Assembly (NCBI GenBank): GCA_043814315.1
Contig: JBDRKE010000010.1
Coordinates: forward strand, 2,896 to 66,895
Reading direction: 5' to 3'
Source: Candidatus Omnitrophota bacterium
Lineage (GTDB): Bacteria; Omnitrophota; Gorgyraeia; Gygaellales; Profunditerraquicolaceae
Length of the DNA stretch: 64,000 nt
The notes beneath the pieces were generated by a model that was given only the letters and a program-made list of their open reading frames with translations, made no database searches and had not been told where the DNA came from. Shown here in pieces: positions 14,768 to 22,667 of this stretch. The position numbers and the translations under genes were made by a program. Each line of letters opens with the position of its first letter. Within the stretch, counting starts at the first letter, position 1.

Positions 14768-15400
14768 ATGGATGTGCCCCGTTTTAAAAAGCAGCCTGTT
14801 ATGGGGATTGTGCGCGGCGTAGAATCAGGGCAGATTGAGCCGCTTGTGGAAGCCGTTATTCAATCCGGTTTGCAGGCTTTGGAGATTACTATGAACACTC
14901 CAGGGGCCGCGGAAATAATCCGTAAGGCCAGGAAACTGGCTGGCAATCGTCTTATGCTGGGCGCAGGCACAGTGCTGGATACGGATAGTTTAATGCAGGC
15001 CTTAGATTCCGGAGCCACCTTCATTGTTATGCCTGTGCTCGTCGAGGATGTGCTTGGGTTTTGCGTTAAAAATAAGATACCTGCTTTTCCCGGAGCTTGC
15101 ACACCCCAGGAAATTTATAACGCCTGGCAGGAAGGCGCAACCATGGTCAAGGTCTTTCCTGCCAGATTCTTCGGGCCACAGTATTTTCGCGAAATCAAAG
15201 GGCCATTTCAAGAGATTGAACTTATGGCTGTGGCCGGCGTCACCCCGCAAAATATGCGGGAATATTTTAGTTGCGGCGCCTCTGCCATAGCCTTCGGCGC
15301 AAGCGTGTTCAAGAAAGAGTGGCTGGAAAAGAAAGACTACGCAAGTATTGGCTCAGCCATAAAAGCCTACCTGCAGCAACCATTGATAGAAGCGGCATAA
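14768..15400 (+). CDS. eda: KDPG/KHG aldolase (2-dehydro-3-deoxyphosphogluconate aldolase family)
   Basis: PVMGIVRG, LEITMNTPGA, GAGTVL, FIVMP, GACTPQE, VKVFPA, typical Eda-family pattern, ~210 aa. Confidence 0.8.
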   Translation: MDVPRFKKQPVMGIVRGVESGQIEPLVEAVIQSGLQALEITMNTPGAAEIIRKARKLAGNRLMLGAGTVLDTDSLMQALDSGATFIVMPVLVEDVLGFCVKNKIPAFPGACTPQEIYNAWQEGATMVKVFPARFFGPQYFREIKGPFQEIELMAVAGVTPQNMREYFSCGASAIAFGASVFKKEWLEKKDYASIGSAIKAYLQQPLIEAA

Positions 15401-15418
15401 AAGAGAAGGAGGGGCACA

Positions 15419-15721
15419 GTGTTTGTTCTGTCTAATCTTCTGATGGCGGCAGGCCACGTCCTTGATGTGCTTCTGACGATCCTGTACTGGCTGATATTAA
15501 TCCGGGCGCTGCTCAGCTGGGTCAACCCCGATCCTTATAATCCCATTGTGCAGTTTCTCTATAAGGCCACCGAACCTATCTTGCATCCGATACGCAGGAT
15601 TCTTCCTTCAAATTTTAGGTTCGGAATAGATATATCCCCGATCATTGCTTTTCTCGCTATCATGTTCCTTAAGTCTTTCCTGGTCAGGTCTCTTTTTGAC
15701 TTGGCCGCGAGATTGCCATAA
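15419..15721 (+). CDS. yggT: YggT family membrane protein
   Basis: ILIRALLSWVNPDPYNPI motif, two hydrophobic segments. GTG start after an AGGAGG RBS. Confidence 0.8.
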   Translation: MFVLSNLLMAAGHVLDVLLTILYWLILIRALLSWVNPDPYNPIVQFLYKATEPILHPIRRILPSNFRFGIDISPIIAFLAIMFLKSFLVRSLFDLAARLP

Positions 15722-15785
15722 CTCTGCGAGAAGGGTATCCGTTCCTATCCGGTAAAATGAGATTGAATCTTGGGAGTAAAATCGC

Positions 15786-15814
15786 TTGGGATTTCAGGAT
15801 TAAAGAGGTATAAT
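15786..15814 (+). promoter_or_regulatory. Candidate promoter TTGGGA-17 bp-TATAAT
   Basis: TTGGGA at 15786..15791 and TATAAT at 15809..15814, upstream of the small ORF at 15866. Confidence 0.4.
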
Positions 15815-15865
15815 TATTACCCATGAAGGCAAGGGTTCAAATGCCTTAAAAAAGAGGAGGCGACT

Positions 15866-16048
15866 GTGGATAACGAAAATCAGGGGAGCATGGTGGAGCG
15901 GGGAGAATATAAAGGCAAGCCGCTTATTATCCTTAAGAGAAACGAAGAGGATAAATTTCCGTTTTCCTTTGGGCTCACCAAAGCCAAGCTCATATTGGAT
16001 AATATCGAAGAGATAAAGAAGTTTGTAGAAGAGAACGCTGCGGGATAG
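15866..16048 (+). CDS. Hypothetical small protein (60 aa)
   Basis: GTG start 7 nt after an AGAGGAGG RBS. No recognised motif. Confidence 0.45.
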   Translation: MDNENQGSMVERGEYKGKPLIILKRNEEDKFPFSFGLTKAKLILDNIEEIKKFVEENAAG

Positions 16049-16059
16049 GACGGCTGCCA

Positions 16060-16422
16060 ATGAAAAAAAACAAGAAGATCGATTGCGCTGAATGTAAAAT
16101 TCAGTCCGCATGTTGCCGGATCGGCGCATGGATTGATTTAGAGGAGGCCAAGAAAATACTGACTCTCGGCATAAAGGGAGGGGATTTTTTTCATTTTGAA
16201 AAAGATAACAGCTTTCCTTCAGGATACAAGGTCGGCACGAGCCTTGAGGATGAGCCATGCAGCTTTATCGCTCGTGACGGCCTGTGCGCTATCCATAAGA
16301 TTGATTATAGCCTCAAGCCCGTCACGTGCAAAGAGTTTCCCTATGAAGACGGCAGGTTATCTTCTTTTGCCCCGTATCTGTGCGAGGTTGCGAGATCAAG
16401 AAGCAAAAAGAATAAGAAATAA
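16060..16422 (+). CDS. YkgJ-family cysteine-cluster (zinc/iron-chelating) protein
   Basis: CAECKIQSACC (CxxCxxxxCC) plus downstream Cys residues. Confidence 0.65.
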   Translation: MKKNKKIDCAECKIQSACCRIGAWIDLEEAKKILTLGIKGGDFFHFEKDNSFPSGYKVGTSLEDEPCSFIARDGLCAIHKIDYSLKPVTCKEFPYEDGRLSSFAPYLCEVARSRSKKNKK

Positions 16423-16440
16423 CCGAACTTGCCCCCCTCC

Positions 16441-17403
16441 ATGCTTCAAATCGGTAACCTAAAATTGGAATCCAGATTGATCCTTGCTCCCATGGCCGGG
16501 ATAACGGATTTACCGTTTCGCCTGCTGAACCGGCGTTTCGGGTGCGAACTGGCTTTTATTGAAATGTTGAATGTGCGTTCCTTAAGTTATAAAAGCCGAA
16601 AGACTCAAGAGATGTTGTCCTCGGTTCCTGAGGATCGGCCTTTGGGCATACAGATATTAGGCAAGGAACCCAAATTCATTTTAAGGGCATTGGATATCCT
16701 TAAGCCCTATAAATTCGATGTTTTGGATTTTAATGCGGCCTGCCCCGTAAAGAAGGTCGTCCGTCGGGGAGAGGGGGCCAGTCTCCTGAGGGAGCCAAAA
16801 AGATTAGGTACGCTGCTGAAATTAATCGTAAAAAATTCCCAGCAGCCGGTGACCGTCAAGATCCGAAGCGGCTGGGATGATACATCGGTTAATGCCAGAG
16901 AAGTGGCTCTGCGGGCCGAAGATGCAGGGGTTAAAGCCTTGTTCATTCACGGAAGGACAAAGGCCCAGGGATATAGCGCAGGCGTTGATTATGCGGCTAT
17001 CCGCAAGGTCAGGGAGGCCCTGAAAATCCCCGTCATTGGCAGCGGCGACATCTTATCCATTCCTTTAGTTAAGAGGATGTTTGATGAAACAGGTTGCCAA
17101 GCCGTAGCTATGGCGCGCGGAGCTCTAGGTAATCCCTGGATATTCAGGGAGGCAAAACAATTTTTAGAGAAGCAAGAGATAATCCAGAGGCCTAGCCGGG
17201 AAGAGATTATCAAGGTGATGATTGCCCACTTAAAGTCCTATGTTGATTTTCACGGGGAGAGGGTGGGTATTATCAAATTCCGCAAGTTCTTTGGCTGGTA
17301 TGTTAAGGGATTCCGCAAGATCAGGCCGTTAAGAGAAAGATCCTCCCGCGTCAAGAAGGCGCAAGAGATGATTGAGATTATCCGGTTGACGAGTGCGTCC
17401 TGA
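16441..17403 (+). CDS. dusB: tRNA-dihydrouridine synthase
   Basis: LAPMAGITDLPFRLL, NAACPVKKV, HGRTKAQ motifs. ATG 16441 is preferred over the tracked TTG 16429. Confidence 0.85.
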   Translation: MLQIGNLKLESRLILAPMAGITDLPFRLLNRRFGCELAFIEMLNVRSLSYKSRKTQEMLSSVPEDRPLGIQILGKEPKFILRALDILKPYKFDVLDFNAACPVKKVVRRGEGASLLREPKRLGTLLKLIVKNSQQPVTVKIRSGWDDTSVNAREVALRAEDAGVKALFIHGRTKAQGYSAGVDYAAIRKVREALKIPVIGSGDILSIPLVKRMFDETGCQAVAMARGALGNPWIFREAKQFLEKQEIIQRPSREEIIKVMIAHLKSYVDFHGERVGIIKFRKFFGWYVKGFRKIRPLRERSSRVKKAQEMIEIIRLTSAS

Positions 17404-17481
17404 TGTATTAAAGCTTAATCTAAAGATAATTAACAACGTTGCCGAAAAAAAGCATCCGAATTTAATAAGGAGAGAGAAGCC

Positions 17482-19182
17482 GTGCCTGAAAACAACGTGG
17501 TGAAGAGAAAAAGAAGGGAAGACAGAGAAATCGCTTATTTTTCCATGGAGGTAGGGATTAACCCTCACATGCCTACTTATAGCGGAGGCTTGGGAGTTTT
17601 GGCAGGCGGGACTATCCGCTCCTGCGCAGACCTCAACGTCCCCATGGTCGCGGTGACCCTTCTTTATAAAAAAGGCTATTTTACTCAAAAGCTGGACGCC
17701 CAGGGAAATCAGCAGGAAACACCCGCTGACTGGCAACCTCAGGATTTTCTTAAACTCCTTCCGGAAAAAGTGGAAGTGACAATAGAAAAAAGAAAGGTTT
17801 ATATTCAGGCCTGGGAATATCACCAATCGGGGATGAGCGGATATTTTGTTCCGGTTGTATTCCTGGATACGGACCTGGAGGAGAATGCCCCCGAAGACAG
17901 AAACCTTTGCCAGTACCTTTACGGAGGAGACAAAGAGCACCGTTTATCTCAGGAAATTATCCTTGGCATCGGCGGAGTGAGAATGCTCGGTGAGTTAGGT
18001 TTTAATCACCTTGTGCGTTACCATATGAATGAAGGGCACGCCAGCCTCTTGACCCTAGAGCTCCTGCGTGAGCGCCAGGCCTTATCTGGCCCAGAATGGG
18101 ATATTGAGGGCGTGAAGAAATCCTGTGTCTTTACCACGCATACCCCCGTTCCCGCAGGCCACGACCAGTTTTCTTACGATCTCGTGGCTAATATCCTGGG
18201 AGAACTTGTGCCTCTTGATTTAATGAAAAAACTGGGAGGAGAAGACCGGCTGAACATGACACTCCTGGCTTTAAATTTAAGCGGTTACGTCAACGGAGTC
18301 GCCAAAGAGCACCGCAAAGTTTCCGAAGAGATGTTCCCCGGGTACCATATTGATTTCATTACCAATGGCGTGCATTCTGCCAGGTGGGTGGCCCCAAGCT
18401 TTAAAGACCTTTTTGATAGATATATACCGGGCTGGGCCTATGACCCTTTTAGCCTGCGCTATGCCCTGAGTATTCCCCGTGACCAGATATGGAGCGCACA
18501 TGAACAGGCCAAAAAAGTTCTTATGGATTATGTGAATGCCAAATACAACGTTAACCTCGGGCATGAAGTTCTGACGATAGGTTTTGCCCGCAGGGCTACG
18601 GCCTATAAAAGGGCAGACCTGGTGTTTGCCAACATCGAAAGGTTACGCGATATCGCTCAGCGTTCAGGTAAGATACAATTTATTTTCGCAGGGAAAGCCC
18701 ATCCTAAAGACTGGCCCGGAAAAGAGTTGATTAAAAAGATATTCTCGTTAAAAGAAAACCTAAATAACAGCATTAAGGTCGTGTACTTGGAAGAATATAA
18801 CCTGGAATCAGCCAAGGTGCTTATTGCGGGAGTCGATGTCTGGCTGAATACGCCGCGCCGGCCCCAGGAGGCTTCGGGCACCAGCGGCATGAAGGCTGCG
18901 CATAACGGTGTGCCCTCGCTAAGTATCCTGGACGGATGGTGGATTGAAGGATGCATTGAAGGTGTAACCGGCTGGGCCATTGGTTCGGTCAATGATATCG
19001 CAGGCAGTGACGAAAAGGAGGCTGAGCTCCTGTATGAAAAGCTTGAGAATACGGTACTACCTGTTTTCTACAATAACCGGCAGCAGTGGATAGACATTAT
19101 GCGCCATGCCATCGCCATAAACGCCTCATTCTTTAATACCCATCGCATGGTTCAACAGTATGTTTTAAACGCCTATCTTTAA
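17482..19182 (+). CDS. glgP: Alpha-glucan (glycogen/maltodextrin) phosphorylase, short GT35 type
   Basis: YFSMEVG, YSGGLGVLAGG, EASGTSGMKAAHNG (PLP-lysine motif). GTG start after an AAGGAGAG RBS. Confidence 0.85.
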   Translation: MPENNVVKRKRREDREIAYFSMEVGINPHMPTYSGGLGVLAGGTIRSCADLNVPMVAVTLLYKKGYFTQKLDAQGNQQETPADWQPQDFLKLLPEKVEVTIEKRKVYIQAWEYHQSGMSGYFVPVVFLDTDLEENAPEDRNLCQYLYGGDKEHRLSQEIILGIGGVRMLGELGFNHLVRYHMNEGHASLLTLELLRERQALSGPEWDIEGVKKSCVFTTHTPVPAGHDQFSYDLVANILGELVPLDLMKKLGGEDRLNMTLLALNLSGYVNGVAKEHRKVSEEMFPGYHIDFITNGVHSARWVAPSFKDLFDRYIPGWAYDPFSLRYALSIPRDQIWSAHEQAKKVLMDYVNAKYNVNLGHEVLTIGFARRATAYKRADLVFANIERLRDIAQRSGKIQFIFAGKAHPKDWPGKELIKKIFSLKENLNNSIKVVYLEEYNLESAKVLIAGVDVWLNTPRRPQEASGTSGMKAAHNGVPSLSILDGWWIEGCIEGVTGWAIGSVNDIAGSDEKEAELLYEKLENTVLPVFYNNRQQWIDIMRHAIAINASFFNTHRMVQQYVLNAYL

Positions 19183-19220
19183 AGATAGGCCCATCTTTTG
19201 GGGCCTCTGAAGGTGTAGCT

Positions 19221-20495
19221 ATGAAAAGAAAGCATGTTTTAGCCATTGTGGCCTTTAGCATTATAGGCCTTGTGGCCCTGGCCGCCTATTTTCTCCTTTT
19301 TACGACTTTGGGTTCGACATTTTTTGTAGAATCCGTTATCTCCCAATATGCCCAGTCAGGGAATATTGACGTTGAAGAAAGCAGCGGCAGCCTTTCGCGC
19401 ACCTTAGTGTTTAGGGATATCGAAATCAAGGATTCAAAGATTTTACCTCCCGGCAGCTTGCTGAGAATCCAGAGGCTTGAGATATACTTTGCCTCTTTTA
19501 ATTTAGAAGGGCTCAATGTAAAGATAGATAACGGCAGATTGCAATTGTCCAGTTCAGAGTTAATACTTTTTTACGGCACTCTCCATGATAATGTTTTAGA
19601 TGCCAATCTCTACTCGAAGGGCATGAGCCTATCAGAGGCGGTTAGGTTATTTGCTGAAAACAAAGAACTGGAAAAAATATCGGGTTTCCTTCATGATATT
19701 GACGTTTATATAAAGGGGAGTTTGTCGGAGCCCAGATTCAGCGGCCAGTGTCAAGTAACAAAGCTTATGCGTAACGGCTTTTCGTTATCGGATTGCCCGG
19801 TTGCGTTTGATTTAGAGCTGAAACTTTCCAAGAATGAGCCGCTGTTTTACGGGACGCTTATTTCGGATCGAGGGGTAATTTCCGGGCCCAAGACCGCTGT
19901 TATTAATATGCAAAGTAGTAAGGTATTATTTTCAGGTGTAGCCAAAGATGCCGCTTTAAGCCTGAAGGGAAGTTCTCTCGTTGAAGGCGCCAAAATCAAT
20001 ATCGAATTAAGGGGAACACTCAAAAATCCTGAGTTGAAACTGGCCTCAGATCCCGCCTTGTCTCAGGAGCGGCTGTTGGTTATGCTGATGACAAATAAAA
20101 GCTGGAAGGGAGCAGAGGGCGCCTTAGCTAAGGGGGAACTTTCACCTGACCTTGTGAGTGATTTTGTAGATTATTTTGTTTTCTCCGGCTCAGGGAGCAG
20201 GATTGCCCAGCAATTGGGGATAACCGGATTTTCCTTTACTTTTGATGAGCAAAAGAAAGGCGTGGGAGTAAAAAAAGAAATAACCGAGAAAATCGGGGCT
20301 AGCTATGCCATTGAGCAATCTCAAGGCATAGAAGAACAATCGACAACAACCCAGAGGATAGGTACGGAAGTCAAAATCACGCAAGGTATCTCGATAGGGG
20401 CTGAAAAGGAATTAAAACAGGAGGCCAAAACAGACCCGGCACAGCAGCAACCGCCCAACGATAAAGTGATTTTAAAAATTAAGAAAGAGTTCTAA
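19221..20495 (+). CDS. TamB/DUF490-like membrane-anchored protein (short form)
   Basis: N-terminal TM anchor. C-terminal LKLASDPALSQERLLVMLMT resembles the TamB C-terminal domain. Confidence 0.4.
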   Translation: MKRKHVLAIVAFSIIGLVALAAYFLLFTTLGSTFFVESVISQYAQSGNIDVEESSGSLSRTLVFRDIEIKDSKILPPGSLLRIQRLEIYFASFNLEGLNVKIDNGRLQLSSSELILFYGTLHDNVLDANLYSKGMSLSEAVRLFAENKELEKISGFLHDIDVYIKGSLSEPRFSGQCQVTKLMRNGFSLSDCPVAFDLELKLSKNEPLFYGTLISDRGVISGPKTAVINMQSSKVLFSGVAKDAALSLKGSSLVEGAKINIELRGTLKNPELKLASDPALSQERLLVMLMTNKSWKGAEGALAKGELSPDLVSDFVDYFVFSGSGSRIAQQLGITGFSFTFDEQKKGVGVKKEITEKIGASYAIEQSQGIEEQSTTTQRIGTEVKITQGISIGAEKELKQEAKTDPAQQQPPNDKVILKIKKEF

Positions 20496-20509
20496 AAAAG
20501 GGGCTCCCC

Positions 20510-20980
20510 ATGGATGTGATATACCTGACCCGAAGCGGCTATGAAAAATTAGTTAAGGAGCTGGATTTCTTAAAGAACCAAAAGCGCAAACAGCTAAGTA
20601 AGGCCATAGGCGAAGCCAGGGCGCACGGTGATATCAGCGAAAATGCCGAATATGACGCGGCTAAAGAGGCGCAAGGGCTGAATGAGAAGCGGATTGCTGA
20701 TCTGGAATCTAAGCTGGCGTACGTACGTATCCTGGATTACGAAGATATTCCTAAGGATGAGGTTCTTATAGGAGCTACCGTTACGCTTAAGGATTTGGAT
20801 ACGCAGGAGGAGCTGGAGTACACCCTGGTTTCGGAAGCAGAGGCGGATTATGGCGAAGGTAAAATTTCCGTTACGTCTCCGGTAGGAGCAGCCCTTTTGA
20901 ACCGCAGGGAGAAAGAAGTTGTTGAAATTCATGTCCCGGCAGGATTGTTGAAGTACGAGATATTAAAGATATCCAGATAG
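20510..20980 (+). CDS. greA: Transcription elongation factor GreA
   Basis: AHGDISENAEYDAAKE coiled-coil tip motif, 156 aa. Confidence 0.9.
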   Translation: MDVIYLTRSGYEKLVKELDFLKNQKRKQLSKAIGEARAHGDISENAEYDAAKEAQGLNEKRIADLESKLAYVRILDYEDIPKDEVLIGATVTLKDLDTQEELEYTLVSEAEADYGEGKISVTSPVGAALLNRREKEVVEIHVPAGLLKYEILKISR

Positions 20981-21009
20981 GGCCTTCTCAAGAAATATAT
21001 ACACTATTT

Positions 21010-21147
21010 TGCACAGATGATCGCTGATTTAAATGCACAGATGATCGCTGATTAAAAGATACTGATGATCGCTGATATACTATCTGTGATCATCTGCCGG
21101 TTTTAAAGGATGGTTTTACGCGGATCTTTATCTGTGTCCATCTGTGC
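21010..21147. repeat. Long imperfect palindrome built from repeated GCACAGATGATCGCTGAT words
   Basis: Direct copies at 21010, 21034 and ~21059. Inverted copies at ATCTGTGATCATCTG (21081) and CATCTGTGC (21139). Confidence 0.7.
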
Positions 21148-21262
21148 TTAGTGAAGTGAATCAGTTCAAATTGTAAGTTCATCGGGGAAATTTCTGTTTG
21201 GTTTTCTGTTTAAGCATGTTATAGTAAAGGCTAGAAGTAAACAGGGAGGGGGGAGCATCGTC

Positions 21263-21592
21263 ATGAATAATGGGGAATTGCAAGCCCTGAAGATAGTATT
21301 TGACTATGGATGGAAAAGTTTACAGAATTTTGAGTTCCATTTCTTTAATCCGCTTTTTTGGTGTATCATATTTTTGCTGTTTATAGTTTTGTACAGGTTC
21401 TGGGTGGCGAAGCACGCTTTTTCTTTTTCCCTGATGACCGCTTTGATTCTGTTGTTTGTCACAGAAATAGAGTATCGTTTTTCAATTGTATTTGCAAGGT
21501 CAGGAGAGGTATTTGATTCCAGCGTCATTAGGCTCGTTGCCTTGACATTTCTTGCCATCATTTTCTTGGTTTATACATTTCTTAGGCGTTAA
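21263..21592 (+). CDS. Hypothetical multi-pass membrane protein (109 aa)
   Basis: GGGAGGGGGGAG RBS region and three hydrophobic segments. Confidence 0.5.
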   Translation: MNNGELQALKIVFDYGWKSLQNFEFHFFNPLFWCIIFLLFIVLYRFWVAKHAFSFSLMTALILLFVTEIEYRFSIVFARSGEVFDSSVIRLVALTFLAIIFLVYTFLRR

Positions 21593-21616
21593 ATCTTGAT
21601 ATCTCTCGTTGACTTT

Positions 21617-21753
21617 ATAGGCTGTCACGAAACCCGTACCAGCCTATGATTACAGAGATTTATAATAAGATTACACAGATTTTCTCGTGGAGTAATAATC
21701 TTGCGTAATCACTATTTTTAATCGCATGTAATCAAGGGCGGAACTTTTGTGAC
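21617..21753. repeat. Nested intergenic palindrome built from GATTACA-type words
   Basis: ATAGGCTG/CAGCCTAT and GTCACGAAA/TTTTGTGAC stems. GATTACAGAGATT and GATTACACAGATT lie opposite AATCTTGCGTAATC and AATCGCATGTAATC. Confidence 0.6.
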
Positions 21754-21785
21754 GCTCTATTGATTTTAAACTAGGAGAAGGAATA

Positions 21786-22169
21786 ATGAAAAAGCTGTGG
21801 ATAGGGATAGTTTTAATCTTCTTTTTAGTCAATCTCTATGGTTGCGTGGCTTTGCTGGCAGGGGCAGCCGGAGGGGCAGGCACGGCGGCGTGGTTATCGG
21901 GAAAGTTAAGCCAGGAGGTTAATGCTTCTTTTGACAGGGCCCTGAAAGCCGCCAAACTGGGCCTGGAATTCATGAAATTCAAGGTGACAAAAGAAACCGT
22001 CAAAGACGATATAGCCCAGCTTATAAGTAATTACAGTGATGGAAGAACGATCTGGGTCGATATACGCCGCGTAACGGATTCTGCCTCGCGCATCGAGGTG
22101 CGGGTGGGCGCAGCGGGAGACAGGCAGGCAGCACAAAAAGTGCTTAATCAGATAAGGCGGTATTTGTAA
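21786..22169 (+). CDS. Lipoprotein (DUF3568-like)
   Basis: Signal peptide with lipobox LYGC. AGGAGAAGG RBS. Confidence 0.7.
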   Translation: MKKLWIGIVLIFFLVNLYGCVALLAGAAGGAGTAAWLSGKLSQEVNASFDRALKAAKLGLEFMKFKVTKETVKDDIAQLISNYSDGRTIWVDIRRVTDSASRIEVRVGAAGDRQAAQKVLNQIRRYL

Positions 22170-22194
22170 AGCTAATTTTAAAAGGAAGGCTCTT

Positions 22195-22464
22195 ATGGAA
22201 ATTAAAGTGACAAAATTAAGCCAAGAACAACTAAAGCAAATGAAAATTCCTGAGTGGCCGATCTGGGAAAAAGAGGTATCGCGTTTTCCCTGGTCTTATG
22301 ATAGCCCAGAAGAGTGTTATATTCTGGAAGGGGATGTTACGGTTGAAACTCCTAACGGTGAGAGCGTGCATTTCGGCAAGGGGGACTTTGTTACTTTTCC
22401 TAAGGGTTTGTCCTGTACCTGGAATATAAATAAGCCGGTAAGGAAACACTACAATCTCAGATAA
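22195..22464 (+). CDS. Small cupin-domain protein (cupin_3 / DUF861-like)
   Basis: WPIWEKE...ECYILEGDVTVE...GDFVTFPKGLSCTW pattern. Confidence 0.7.
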   Translation: MEIKVTKLSQEQLKQMKIPEWPIWEKEVSRFPWSYDSPEECYILEGDVTVETPNGESVHFGKGDFVTFPKGLSCTWNINKPVRKHYNLR

Positions 22465-22480
22465 CATCCTCTTGAACAAC

Positions 22481-22510
22481 AAAAAACCCCTAAATTCAGG
22501 GGTTTTTTTG
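22481..22510 (+). terminator. Rho-independent terminator
   Basis: AAAAAACCCCT AAATTC AGGGGTTTTTTT. Confidence 0.8.
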
Positions 22511-22667
22511 TAGGTGATAGGCCTCATTAGCTTTCGCTATCTAGCCAACCTCCTTGTTTCTTCTAAATAAATATACCATATTTCTGGCCTGAATTCAAGC
22601 CCCTATTCAGAAACGCTCCTTGATGGAACCGGTAGGTAAGTTATTGGCAGGGCGAGGCCTCAATGCG

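Noticed and set aside
15800-16258. Minus-strand ORF of 152 aa.
   Set aside because: It overlaps two plus-strand ORFs that have strong RBSs, and one of those carries a YkgJ Cys-cluster motif.
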